Of a DNA stretch of 64,000 nt, positions 23,101-36,480 are shown piece by piece. This DNA comes from Octopus bimaculoides (lineage: Eukaryota): assembly GCF_001194135.2 (NCBI RefSeq), contig NC_068995.1, positions 13,374,305-13,438,304 on the forward strand. Direction: 5' to 3'. The notes under the pieces were generated by a model. It had not been told where the DNA came from, did not search any database, and was given only the letters and a program-made list of their open reading frames with translations. The stretch's first letter is position 1, and every line of letters begins with the position of its first letter. A program made the translations under genes and the position numbers.

Positions 23101-24844
23101 ATTCATGTTATTATTTGCACCTGTGTTTCATTAATATCGAGTTCTTTGAATTTGCTTGTGTTACAGTAACATTAAATTTTATTAATTACCTCTAACTCAT
23201 TGTTTAAGTTTTTAATTTTTATTAATTACTGCCAACCTGTTGTTTTAAGTCTTTGTTTAATTTCATTTAGAACCCCACCACCACCATAGAGTAAAAACAA
23301 AAGAATAAAAGGAAAAAAAAAAACAACTGCTATTGTAAGCCAAATTATGGAGACATTGCAAGTGAGAGGTATCAACTGTCTCACCTAATCAAGAAATCAC
23401 AGCTTGAAGTTTCTTATCACCATTTGAATGTTCACATAATTTTTTCCTGAATAATACGACAGAGAGAATTCACAAGCTTTTAATATAGAAGCTTGTGGCT
23501 TCAAACTGCTAATAAAAAGTCACAGGGTGCAGTTCTTTCTGTGTGAATAGACTCCTGCTTATATCTTTGTGAAAGTAATAACGCTCACTAAAAATATCAC
23601 AAGGATGCATTGTGATGAAGGATGAAGGACATGTCATTATATTCAGGTCATTATAATTAGACATGGTGAGCTGAAAACAATTTTTTAATCAATTGAAATT
23701 CTATTACTGAAAAGAAAAAGGCAACAACCTGGTAGAATAATTATCATGCCAGACAAAATGTTTAGCAGCAATTCTTTTGGTTTAACAGTCTGAGTTCAAA
23801 TTCCACTAAGGTTAACTTAGCCTTTCATCCTTTTAGGGCTGATAAAATAAAGTACCAGTTGAATTCTGAGTATGATATAATCGACCCCCACCCCCAATTT
23901 TAGGCTCTGCCTATAACAGAAAGAATTATTAAGAAAATTTCTTTCCTCAGCATTAATGAGAATTCTTTCTCAATCAGTAAATAGAGGAACTCTTAAAATT
24001 TTGATTGACTAGAAATTAAATTAACTGAATCAGAGGGTTGAAGAGTGTGTCTGAGTAACCATGATGACAACCCTTCCGTATTTGTTCCCTATTAAGCCTA
24101 GTTGCCTGGTTCTATCAACACTAATGGTATTAGTCTGGTGCATTCAGCACTGGTGCTTTCAATGCTGGTGCTATGTGTTGCCCAGTAATGGTACCTGACT
24201 GCTTGCCAACTAAACTATATTCTAAGAATACATCCCATCTCCAAACATGCTATTTGCCTGTATAAACAAGTCTGAATTGACATGCTGTTTCAGAAAGAAG
24301 AAAAAAATGTTTGGTATTTATGCTTAGTATACTGGAATACTCAGGTTTATTTTAATCAGAATAAAGTCAGTGTAACTATGTACCACTCCTCCTCTATCAT
24401 TTATTGTTGCAAATAATGTATTTGACAAATGATTAACTGGATTGGTTATATTGTATTTCATTTTAAAATGTAGTTGGTGTGTGTGGAAGAGAGAAATATC
24501 CCCATGCCAGAGATCTAACCCAAGTGTTTGCAACTGGGTTAGACTCTGGAAGACACCCTGGGTGCAAGGTTGTGTTGTTAAACCAGGTGGCAGATCAAGT
24601 CTACCACCCAAGTAAATTGAAGGCAAAATTTGAACTTGAAATGCAAAAAGCTTGGATAAATACTGCATAACTTCCTGTTCAGCATTCTTACAGTTCCATG
24701 AATCTGCCATTCTGGATGGGTACTTTTTTTAATCAACTCCCCACACTGCAAACGAAAGGATGAAGGACAAAGTTGATCTCAGCAGGATTTGAACTCAAGC
24801 CACAGATGTTAGAACACATGTTGTGACTCATTCTTGCCAATGCT

Positions 24845-25237
24845 TTACTCTTACTTGTTTCAGTCATTTGACTGCGGCCAGGCTGGAGCACCGCCTTTAG
24901 TCGAGCAAATCAACCCCAGGACTTATTCTTTGTAAGCCTAGTACTTATTTTATCGGTCTCTTTTGCTGAACCGCTAAGTTACGGGGACGTAAACACACCA
25001 GCATCGGTTGTCAAGCGATGTTGGGGGGACAAACACAGACACAAACACACACATATATATGCATATACATATATACGACGAGCTTCTTTCAGTTTCCGTC
25101 TACCAAATCCACTCACAAGGCTTTGGTCGGCCTGAGGCTATAGTAGAAGACACTTGTCCAAGGTGCCACGCAGTGGGACTGAACCCAGAACTATGTGGTT
25201 GGTAAGCAAGCTAGTTACCACACAGCCTCTCCTGCGC
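24845..25237 (-). mobile_element. SINE family A, full length
   Basis: Reverse complement of the family A structure. Confidence 0.9.
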
Positions 25238-26109
25238 TTTGGCAACTTTACTAATTCACTTTTGAATAGCTATAAGAAAGTGCAACCCTTTCCCCACCTG
25301 TAAAAACATAACACTGTGTTAATACTTTATAGTGGATCTTTGGATACACTTGTTACATTCCTGCCAAGAAATTTTGCTAATTATTCTTCAGGTCTCCCTT
25401 TAACTTACATAGTTAGCCTATAAGACTAAGACAAGCTGTTGTTATTACGACTATTGTGTTCTTATCTATTCACTAATCCACTGGCATGTTTATGTACATA
25501 GCAGCAGCTTAGTGGATAAAGACACCGGTCCTGGTTTAGAGATAAAAGTTTCTTGCTTAAATCCAGTCCATGTTTAAATCCAGTAGATTATCCAAGAATA
25601 AGACACCTAAAGATGATCAGAGATCAAATGGATCAACATGTAGTGCCTGTTTAAATATTGTAAATATGCACTCTGAAGTTGAGTTTAATTCTCCCAGAAA
25701 AAATACAGTCTTCGAAACAAAATCCTTGTCATTTGTTGCTGTTACAATTTAAAAACTTCAAGAGAACATGAAATAATTCTTTACCAGAATGGTGGAACTC
25801 AAAGTAGATAAAGCTACAACTAATAAATAAAACATGGATATTGGGTTAAAAATTCCTTTATTTTTTATCTTTGACTTGCTTCAGTCATTAGACTACGGCC
25901 ATACTGGGGCACCGCATCAAAGAATTTTAGTCGAATGAATCAACCTCAGTACTTATTTATTTTTCTTTTAAACCTAGTACTTATTTTATCAATCTCTTTT
26001 TGCCAAACCGTTAAGTTATGGGGACATAAATATTAGTTGCTAAGAAGTACATGTTAACACTTGGAAGATTTGATCAGAGTGATTAGATATATATATATAT
26101 ATATATATA

Positions 26110-27348
26110 TGTAGTGAAACTACCTCCCGCCATTAGATACAAACTACTATCGCCATTACATACAATCTTCCTTTAAATATAAACAAACGCGAACGTAGGG
26201 GAAAACATTAACCTTGTCATCACGTGACTGATCATTATTCGAATCGGCAACTTCTTCGAACCGTTTCCGCCAGAACGCAAACTGACCAATCACGGCCCCT
26301 AATAAGGTCACGTGATAGAGTATATTTCTACCATCTGGTGAGCCAATAGTTTGTTATAAATAGCTTTAACTCGGCGGCCAAATTGGTCTCGGTCCAGTTT
26401 CTCTTTGAGAACTGTTCCGTGTACCACACGACAGCAGCAGCAGTTCCAGCGACCACTTCAACAGCTTCGTCCAGCCAACGATGACCACCGCCGTCACCAC
26501 ATCAGCAACAAGAGTNNNNNNNNNNACAAACTACTATCGCCATTACATACAATCTTCCTTTAAATATAAACAAACGCGAACGTAGGGGAAAACATTAACC
26601 TTGTCATCACGTGACTGATCATTATTCGAATCGGCAACTTCTTCGAACCGTTTCCGCCAGAACGCAAACTGACCAATCACGGCCCCTAATAAGGTCACGT
26701 GATAGAGTATATTTCTACCATCTGGTGAGCCAATAGTTTGTTATAAATAGCTTTAACTCGGCGGCCAAATTGGTCTCGGTCCAGTTTCTCTTTGAGAACT
26801 GTTCCGTGTACCACACGACAGCAGCAGCAGTTCCAGCGACCACTTCAACAGCTTCGTCCAGCCAACGATGACCACCGCCGTCACCACATCAGCAACAAGA
26901 GTCTACGACTACTATCCAGCATCATCGTCATGACCAACACGATTCTACGATTACTACTACCGAGCATCAATCTCCACCAGCGGCAACATGACTTACTATG
27001 TACACCACACAAAACTACCGCGGCACATCTCTCTCTTCGATTCTGTTAGGTGACTCAGCTTCACCACGGTAAATAAACAGACAAGAGTTCTTAAACAGAC
27101 AAGAAATTCTCAGCCAGCGACGAACATCTGTATAACAAGAAACACGGCCCGGCATCGATGCCACATCACAACTAGTGATCAGCTCTGCCACACTCAGCCA
27201 ACTCACTTTCACATACAGAACTTTTCCTATAGTGTACTAAAGATCTGGTATAATTGCTCACGTGTCATTTACTGACTCTCTTTCTATTTGCTGTAATAAT
27301 TCACATACACACACATGTATCACTCACATACACACTTTTCTTTGTACG
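26110..27348 (+). mobile_element. Probable LTR (3' end lost in gap; 377 bp artefactually duplicated)
   Basis: Starts TGTAGTG, CpG-rich, CCAAT x2, CACGTG x2, TATAAATA 26355-26362, AATAAA 27072-27077, no credible ORF. Confidence 0.5.
26219..26397 (+). promoter_or_regulatory. Pol II promoter-like motif cluster in the LTR
   Basis: TCACGTGA 26220-26227, CCAAT 26286-26290, GGTCACGTGA 26306-26315, CCAAT 26343-26347, TATAAATA 26355-26362. Motifs only; activity untested. Confidence 0.45.
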
Positions 27349-28246
27349 NNNNNNNNNNNNNNNNNNNNNNNNNNNNNNNNNNNNNNNNNNNNNNNNNNNN
27401 NNNNNNNNNNNNNNNNNNNNNNNNNNNNNNNNNNNNNNNNNNNNNNNNNNNNNNNNNNNNNNNNNNNNNNNNNNNNNNNNNNNNNNNNNNNNNNNNNNNN
27501 NNNNNNNNNNNNNNNNNNNNNNNNNNNNNNNNNNNNNNNNNNNNNNNNNNNNNNNNNNNNNNNNNNNNNNNNNNNNNNNNNNNNNNNNNNNNNNNNNNNN
27601 NNNNNNNNNNNNNNNNNNNNNNNNNNNNNNNNNNNNNNNNNNNNNNNNNNNNNNNNNNNNNNNNNNNNNNNNNNNNNNNNNNNNNNNNNNNNNNNNNNNN
27701 NNNNNNNNNNNNNNNNNNNNNNNNNNNNNNNNNNNNNNNNNNNNNNNNNNNNNNNNNNNNNNNNNNNNNNNNNNNNNNNNNNNNNNNNNNNNNNNNNNNN
27801 NNNNNNNNNNNNNNNNNNNNNNNNNNNNNNNNNNNNNNNNNNNNNNNNNNNNNNNNNNNNNNNNNNNNNNNNNNNNNNNNNNNNNNNNNNNNNNNNNNNN
27901 NNNNNNNNNNNNNNNNNNNNNNNNNNNNNNNNNNNNNNNNNNNNNNNNNNNNNNNNNNNNNNNNNNNNNNNNNNNNNNNNNNNNNNNNNNNNNNNNNNNN
28001 NNNNNNNNNNNNNNNNNNNNNNNNNNNNNNNNNNNNNNNNNNNNNNNNNNNNNNNNNNNNNNNNNNNNNNNNNNNNNNNNNNNNNNNNNNNNNNNNNNNN
28101 NNNNNNNNNNNNNNNNNNNNNNNNNNNNNNNNNNNNNNNNNNNNNNNNNNNNNNNNNNNNNNNNNNNNNNNNNNNNNNNNNNNNNNNNNNNNNNNNNNNN
28201 NNNNNNNNNNNNNNNNNNNNNNNNNNNNNNNNNNNNNNNNNNNNNN
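27349..28246. other. Assembly gap (largest of 15)
   Basis: N runs: 8902-8911, 12096-12105, 13303-14023, 21417-21822, 26516-26525, 27349-28246, 36814-37249, 40379-40518, 42676-43456, 45560-46341, 49288-49423, 52857-52866, 53271-53569, 55441-55900, 57256-57449. Confidence 1.
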
Positions 28247-29550
28247 GCCATATCCAGCCCAAATATTCTTTTGTTTTATGTCCAAACCAGCCAAATCTGG
28301 CTTCTCACATCTACCTCACAACGTCATTCTAAAAATAAACAATTACTTTATCAAAATCTCAAACTTATGAGATAATGCATGATTAATCTAAAACAAGTTA
28401 AATGAATAAGCTTTACATTTTGACAGAAAAATCTGAAAACTAAAGGGTTGAAGATGTTTTTGGGTTTTTTTTCCAAACACTGGTGGAGCATACATTTTTC
28501 TGGACCGTTATGATAGGAGCCTAAGTGTGGGGAGGAATAGTTGGGAAACAAACACTGATCTAAGCTTTCCCAAGGAGAAAAGAAATACTAGTATTCCTGT
28601 AATGAACAGGTGTGTGTGTATGTATGCCATATACACACTGATTATTATGTGATTATTCCATGTGTGTATGTGTGTGAGTGATTATTTTGCTTGTGTAATT
28701 ATTCCGTGAGTGATAATATATGTTTAAATGTAAAAGAAAAAAATATATATATATATATAATAAATTATGAAATGCAACTTGACAAGTTGTTAATCAAAGG
28801 AAATGCAGACTAAGAATGGCCTGCAGTGGGTGGAATAAATACAAGCTGTTTAAAGTTGACCTATAACTGTAAGTGTTAAACTGCACTATTATCTGTGTGT
28901 GTTAATCTATAATACAAAGACAAGAGGTAAAGTGATACTTATAAGAATTGGTGTGGGGGGTCCTGGGATATTGGGTTGGGGAGGGTTGTTAGTGTTGTTT
29001 ACGTCCACTCAGATGACGCAGGGTGTATGACTGAAGATGTTACAACTGTGATTATTCCATCTTTATTTCAAACAATTTCATTTAAGACTGTAATACAGAA
29101 TGGATTTTTTTTTTTTTCTCAAGATATGGTTGTGTGGGTAAGAAGCTCACTTTGCAACCAACCATGTGAATATGGGTTCAGTCACACTGCACAGTACCTT
29201 GGGCAAGTATCTTCTACTATAGCTCCAGGCTGATCAATGCCTTGTGAGTAAATTTAGTAGACAGAATCTGTATAGAAACCCATTGCCTGTAACTTAGCGG
29301 TTCAGTAAAAGTGACTAATAGAATAAGTACCAGACTTAAAAAATAAGTACCTGGGTCGATTTGCTTGACTACTCTCTCCAAGGCAGTACCCCAGCATGGC
29401 CACAGGCTAATGACTGAAAACAAGTAAAACCTAAAAGGTTAGGATAGTAAAACATGGTTTACATTATTTACAATTGACAGACATTTATCCTCATCTTGTT
29501 TGTACTAAGCATTTTATCCATCGTACTAATGTTTCTGCCAGCTCACTGCT

Positions 29551-29588
<38 letters not shown>

Positions 29589-29728
29589 CCTTTCTACTAA
29601 AGGCACAAGGCCTTGAATTTGAAGGGGAGGGGACTAGTCGATTACATTGCCCCCAGTGCATAACTGGTACTATTTCATCAGCCCTGAAAGGATGAAAGTT
29701 GACCTCGGATGATGCTGAGGATGTCACC

Positions 29729-29834
29729 GTCGTCGTCGTAGTAGTAGTAATAGTAGTTGTAGTAGTTGTAGTAGTAGTAGTTGTAGTAGTAGTAGTAGTT
29801 GTAGTAGTAGTAGTAATAGTAGTAGTAGTAGTAA

Positions 29835-29880
<46 letters not shown>

Positions 29881-29896
29881 TGTAGTAGTAGTTGTA
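29729..29896. repeat. (GTA)n/(GTT)n trinucleotide microsatellite
   Basis: About 55 triplets; source of the spurious poly-Y, poly-V and poly-L ORFs. Confidence 0.95.
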
Positions 29897-30563
29897 CATG
29901 ATGGAATCTGAGTTTATATGTCAAGTGATTAACTGGACCTGTATCAGTTTCAATTGTTCCTGTCATACATTTTTACTAGACAAGGTCTCAGGCTACTACA
30001 GCCATCAAATTTGTATGTGCTTGTATAGTTTGTTTGTGAACGTGTATGTCTACTTATATTTTTGGGGTTTGTCTCTGCGTGTACATGTGTTTGTGAATGT
30101 GTACTTATGTATGTTTGTGAATGTATACATTCATGAACATGTGAATGCCTCTGTGTCTTGGTGTTTTTTTTTTTTTGATACCCACCTCCCCAGTACTGCA
30201 CTAGTTTTATGATAGAAACTTGGTTTTAAATTGAGCTAAACTAAAAACTTACCAAAAAATGTCATGCTAATTTATGTCCCAAAACCAGCTTTATAATGAC
30301 AGTTATTTTACCAAATTCTTCATTATTTTAAAAATTAATTGAAACATAGGCAGTGTGTTTCATAAGAAATGTGCTAACAAAAGGGTTCTACTGCAAAGAA
30401 TTCAAGTCAGTTACCAAAAAATTAACAAGACTTTTCATTTATAATCAAAACAGTTCCAAGGACTTGTGTGAGTATGTGATTAATTTAGAGTGTGTGTGAG
30501 TATAAGTTAGTATATGGAGGTGTAAGTGTGGAAATACTAGCACTCCTGTAATGAATGCACTAG

Positions 30564-30599
<36 letters not shown>

Positions 30600-31056
30600 G
30601 TTATATGTGTATGTATGCCACATACATAGTGATTACATATCTGTGTGATTATTATGCGATTATTCCGTGTGTGTATGTGTGCGAGTGATTATTTTGCCTC
30701 TGTAATTATTCTGTGAGTGATTGTTTTGTGTGTGTGTGTATGTGTGAATACTCATTATGTGTGTATGTATGTCATATACACACTGATTTCAAGTATGTTC
30801 ATCCCAGAATTTCATCCAACAGAATTTTTGGAATGTTTCACAAGTCTTCATTGCATCAATAATCGATTGTGCATCTGTCTATGTTTGTGTATTTTGTATG
30901 TATGCAGGTGTATGGTTGTGTGTCTGTCTATGTAGGTGTGTATACATACATGCCAGTGGGAGAGGGAATGTTTTCACTGTTTCATTGGTTTGTTCTTCAC
31001 AGACAAACAGTCTTAAAATAATTAATACATTAATGTGTCTATACATGTGAATATGC

Positions 31057-31095
<39 letters not shown>

Positions 31096-31510
31096 GTCCT
31101 GTCACAATTTTTCTGTACTTTGAAACAACAGCATCAAGTTTCCATAAAAGACAGACTGGCAAGCAGGCAGACAGGCAGGCCTTCACCTAAGCTATTATTG
31201 TTGAGGAGGTTGAAAAATAATCACCAATCTTAATTAATTATTCTTAGAGTGTTAATGTTTTGCTTTCAGTCTCATTAACTAACCTTAAAAAGTAAACATT
31301 AATTTCACCTCATTGTTGTTGATACTGTTGTTGTTGCTTTTGAAAATCACCATAGCGAGTATATTTCACACACAGGAAGGAAATTTGATGTCCTAGATGA
31401 TAACATTTGGCATAAATAGGAAAAAAAAATTTTTCGTGATTATTTAATGATTGAGATAGTATAGTTTTTTGGGGTTTTTTTATCTGTTAAATTTTTTTCC
31501 CCTCTCTTTA

Positions 31511-31903
31511 GGCACAGACGTGGCTGTGTGGTTAGGAAGCTTGCTCTACAACCACATGGCTTCAGTTTCAGTCTCACTGCATGGCACCTTGAGCTAGTTA
31601 CTTGTGCTTACAGCCATGAGTCAAGCAATGCCTTGTGAATGAGTTTGATAGGCAGAAACTGAGTGGAAGCCTCTAGTTTGTGTATTGTGTGTTTTGTGTC
31701 TGTGTTTGTACCCCACCCCATTGTTTGACAACTTGTGTTGGTTTATTTATGTCCCTGTAACTTAACGGTGTGGCAAAAGAGGCCAATAGAACGAGTATCT
31801 GGTTTTAAAAAATAAGTACAGAAAGCCAATTTGTTTGACTAAAACCCTTCAGAGCTGTGCCCCAGCATGGCCACAGTACAGTGACTGAAACCAACAAAAG
31901 ATA
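31511..31903 (+). mobile_element. SINE family A, old diverged copy
   Basis: Head, CORE-like segment and tail are recognisable with many substitutions. Confidence 0.7.
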
Positions 31904-33513
31904 GTGGTTGCTTCAGTTGTTGCAAGTCTGCTTGTTCTTAAATCAATACTTCAGCTTATGCCATTGCAGGTCCACTGGGTTTTTAAATTGATGTGTTGTT
32001 CCATCTGACATTGGAGACCCTATCACCAATAGCTGGGTCCTTGGAGGACCCCGTTCCTCCTACCCTTCGTCTCACACTCGTCCCTCTCCCTTCCTTCTGT
32101 GTCCACTCATTGACCTCACTTCTTCCATCTCGATTTTTCTATTTCACAGTCTGATGTCCTAAAAGACTGACCACTATATTGTTTACTTTCCCTCTCTGAA
32201 GGATGAAGGACTTGCATTGAAAACCTGGGATCCTACATCTTCTTCATGGCATAAAATGTTTGAATTATTTGTTTTACCATTTACCATAAATTTATCCTTA
32301 GACATAAGAAAAAAAAAAAAGAAAGAAAGATAAATCACAACTTCACAATTGCTACTCCAGGGCTCCTATGTGACTTCTGTGACATTTTCAATTTTTCATA
32401 TATCTTTACCGTCAAAACAAAGCAATGACAATATGTTCAGTCTTGTCCTTTATATTTTTTGCAACATAATTAATGTTTCATTTTTTTTCCTTGATTTTCC
32501 TCTGAGTTTTGATTCTTTGTTCTTTTCTGTGACATTTATGGAGAAAAGATTAAATACAATAATTCTCATTTTCTCTTGTTTTCTTTTTTTCTTTTTAAGA
32601 ATTACATTATACACTCTTATGTTCACTGGACAGAAAAAAAAAACAACAAAACATATGCTTACTAAAACGCTAGTCATAAAAGAATTATCTCCCTTAATTT
32701 CCAACTCTTATATCCTGATCACTTGTGCTGAAACTGTTAGCCACAAACATAGAAACAGACATGAAGTATTATATAATTTAATGCCCAGTGCTATTGATTG
32801 TATTACTGAATTTAGATTTAACCAATCAAAACCCAGTAAATGAACATTTCTAGTATCATACACCATGGTCATAACCAATTGACATTAAATTTAACTTGAA
32901 TATTCTCTGGCAGACCAATGGCTTGGATTGATTTTTTTAAAAATATGACTTAGTCAGAGAAAGAAAGCAATGCCTATAACCTTATGCAGGACATCCAGTA
33001 TTTGAAACTTGGTTTGAATGTTTGCGACAGAGTGGACTTTACTGAGAGCACCTATCAGCTTATTCAGCCCTTCTAAAACTATTTGTTCAGAATTAAGTCA
33101 TTCTCATTATAGTTTTGTTATTGAGGCACCTAAATTCTTTTTACCATTTATTTTCATTCCTCTTGACCTTGGGCTTTCTTTATGAACCCAAGCCCTGGCC
33201 AGTTCAGTATAGAATTAATATAATTTTCATTTGAATACTGAACTGGATTTGATATTCTTAATGGCATCCATCTTTTCCCATATCAGAAACAATCTCAGCT
33301 TGGTCTGGAGATCATTATATATGTTCTCGATATGTGAAATAAATTGTAGCAGCCTAAACCTATTACCAAATTTTCAGTGTAAATAGCTCAGCTAGAAATG
33401 GGACATTACTAATTGGCATTGTTCCAGAGTAAGATGAGACTGTTTGTTCTTTAAAGTTCTCTGGACAAACTACTTCCTTAATTAATATGGGAAACATCAG
33501 AGAAATTTGCAGC

Positions 33514-33608
33514 TGTTTGAAGTTTGTTGAGTGACTACAACAATTAGCGATGCAGTGGTGTTTGAAGTTTGTTGAGTGACTACAACAATTAGCGATGCAG
33601 TGGTGTTT
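33514..33608. repeat. Perfect 45-bp tandem duplication
   Basis: gtttgaagtttgttgagtgactacaacaattagcgatgcagtggt at 33515 and 33560. Confidence 0.95.
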
Positions 33609-33619
33609 TTCTCACATTC

Positions 33620-34050
33620 ATCTGCTGCTTGACCAGCATGTGCAATCTATTAAAACAGAGTCTATCTTGCTTCCTTTGTTGGATGAACCTTGTAATGGAG
33701 CACCAATCAACTGTTGTCTGTCTCTGCCAGATAGTATCAGCAAGGCACTGAGCCAATCAAATCAAAACTGTAGCATGTCTGGACAAGTACATGCCTTTGT
33801 TTCAGCCGTAAACATCAATTTTTGTAAACATCTATTATGGTTTATTCTTGCACGGCCACTGCACAAGATTATGTACATTCCATAATGTTTTTTCCCATAT
33901 ATACCATTCTCAATATCCTGGAGAATTCTACTCTTCAGTCCCAATAGCTTGTTATGAAGAGTACAATAAATCTGCAATAAATTTATTTCTCTTTGGTTAC
34001 TAACTCTTTCCAAATCAACAAGGACCCATATAACTGATGTTTATTTCTGG
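33620..34050 (-). pseudogene. Possible very decayed LINE reverse-transcriptase fragment
   Basis: Minus-strand WVLVDLERVSNQRE..KLLGLKSRILQDIENGIY..MY..SGRARIN loosely resembles the RT motif FVDLEKAFDRV..W..L..LG..; frameshifts are needed. Confidence 0.28.
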
Positions 34051-34811
34051 TTTTTGTAGTTTCAACTGGCTGAGAGTTGAATCTCTCTTGGATGTGAAAC
34101 TGGTTTGTTGTAGGTACCTTTTACTGTCAGGAGAAGTAAGCTCAATTCTGCGAAACATACATCAGTTCTACCTCCAGTATTGAAATTACACAATCTAGTT
34201 ATACCAGTGATGATTAAGTATCATTTTCTTACCAACTTTTATTATTCCTTAGTTCACCACCCTGTAACATGTAGCTTCCTGTTACTGTCTCTTTTCCATA
34301 ACCTCCTCTCTTATTACATTTGCAGTCACGTTTCCTTTTAACAAACAGAATCTCTGTTCAGCAGAAAGGACACTTGAGTCTTATTGAGGGCATAACAACT
34401 TCTCTAGTGCTGGTGCCACAATAAAAATACACCCAGTACTTTTACTTTCTGTAAAATCATTGGTATTAGGAAGAAGATCCACCTGTAGAAAACATGTGAA
34501 AATGGAATATACAAGTAAGAAATGGTCCCCAAACCCACCTAGGAGAGCAATGTCTTCAAATAAGGACTGACTTGAACTGTGGGGACCAGTTCGACCCATG
34601 TCAACATAAAAAGTTAATCTATCAGCCGTGAAAGGATGAAAGGCGAAGTTGAGTTCAGTAGAATTTAAACTCTGAATGCAAAGACAGAAAACTGCCACTG
34701 AGCATTTTGTCTGATACGTTAACAGTTCTGCCAGCTTGCAGCTTCAATACCAGCTTAATAATGACAGTTATTTTACTAAACTCTTTGTTATGTTCCAAAT
34801 TAATTTAAATA

Positions 34812-35277
34812 AAGGACATATGGATGAGAACAGTTGTATAAAGAAGTGCTGGGCTCTAACTGTGGAGGGAACCTGTGGAAGAGGTAGACCCAGGAAGACA
34901 AAGGATCTTCGAATGCTGGGCCTCATGGAGACAATAACAAGTGGTTGAGTCTTGGGTGATATACTGTGCTTGAGAAGACTCAAGCTAAGTGTAACCATAG
35001 TCTTGGACATTGCCATTGTCATGTAAATGGCATCCATGAAATTGTAGTCATGACTGTTACAGATGTCATGTTAACAGCACCTGTGCCAGTGGCACATAAA
35101 AAGCACTCATTACGCTCTCAGAGTGGTTGGCATTAGGAAGGGCATCCAGCCATAGAAACCATGCCAAATCAGATTGGAACCTGGTGCAGCTCTCCAGCTT
35201 ACCAGTTTTCAGTCAAACCATCTAACCTATGCCAGCATGGAAAGTAGACATTAAATGATGATGATGATGATGATGAA
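34812..35277 (+). mobile_element. 5'-truncated RTE-clade LINE: ORF2 C-terminus plus family C 3' UTR
   Basis: GHMDENSCIKKCWALTVEGTCGRGRPRKT fits the RTE C-terminal GH..RM..EG.R.RGRP pattern; followed by ggcattaggaagggcatccagc and a (gat)n tail. Confidence 0.8.
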
Positions 35278-36169
35278 AGGAAGTGTGCTTTAACAGAAAT
35301 GGAGTAACAAAAGGGGTAATATTCTATCTAGGAGAAGGAATATCAGACTCTCTTCTGCTTAATACCATGAAAAGCAGTGTTAAGCAGAGCCCCAGTACAT
35401 TGTAGAGCAAGAATTCTGAAAAGACATCTATCTACTCTTTCAGTTGTTTTCACTGCTCTTTAAATCTGCCAAAATAATACTATTATTGAGTGTTTAGTAA
35501 ATTTCTTTTCAATTTATAAATGTCTTTCTAACTCTAACTTTTGTTACTCTCTTGTACTCTTTGACAAGTACTCTATTTATTACTTTTTTCTGTTTCTTCT
35601 TTTTTTGGTTTTGCTGTTCAATTGTCATTATTGTTAGCATTAATTAGTTATACTGATTTCCTGTTAATTTTAACATTAACTTTGTTAAAATACTATGCAC
35701 ATGCATCAGAAAAATAAATTAAACGAAACACTATTGATCATGTTAATTTGACATTTCCCAGATTAGTGATTCATTAATTGACTAATTTCCCTCATTAATC
35801 TCCGATGGGGAGGGCTTGGCATGAAGAGATAGAAGTGCTTTTAAAAGATAATCACCCAATGTCTTTACAATGCTGAAAAAAATCCAATTCTTCTGTTCTT
35901 TTACTGATTTCAGCCATTAGGCTGGGGGTGTTGTCTTTGAGGATTTTTGTTCAAAGCAGTCATTTTGGGGATCAGCACAGCAAGTATTCATCCCATACCT
36001 ACACACACATACATATATGTATGTACACACACACACATATCCATATACTCTGCACTTCTTCATAGATTCTGTCTTCACAATGGGACCAAACTGAGAACCA
36101 TGCAGTTTGTTGCAAACTGAATTTCTTAATCACACAGGCCATACCTATAACCATGATCATAGCATGTGT

Positions 36170-36480
36170 AAAGACATTCGAGTGAGGTTGTTGCCAGTGC
36201 CACTGAACTGGCTCCTGTACGGGTGGCACATAAAATACACCATTTTGAGCGTGGCCGTTGCCAGTACCGCCTGACTGGCCTTCGTGCCAGTGGCACGTAA
36301 AAGCACCCACTACACTCTCGGAGTGGTTGGCGTTAGGAAGTGCATCCAGCTGTAGAAATTCTGCCAGATCAGATTGGAGCCTGGTGCAGCCATCGGGTTT
36401 CACCAGTCCTCAGTCAAATCGTCCAACCCATGCTAGCATGGAAAGCGGACGTTAAATGACGAGGATGATGATGATGATGA
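36170..36480 (+). mobile_element. RTE 3' end (family C)
   Basis: ggcgttaggaagtgcatccagctgtagaaa..ccatgctagcatgg..(gat)n. Confidence 0.8.

Noticed and set aside
26139-26902. Apparent 387-bp-period tandem repeat or paired LTRs
   Set aside because: Exact duplicate (26139-26515 = 26526-26902) split by a 10-N gap; assembly overlap. The same pattern occurs at 52857-52866.
29678-29966. Poly-Y, poly-V and poly-L ORFs; also H/T-rich 62703-63172 and S/L-rich 18902-19141
   Set aside because: Microsatellite translations.
32185-32235. Third hammerhead-like motif (gatgaaggacttgcattgaaac)
   Set aside because: Stem II does not pair and the core is too altered to support a call.
32349-32843. 164-aa hydrophobic ORF
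   Set aside because: TTG start, T-rich composition, no homology or splice context; expected in AT-rich DNA.
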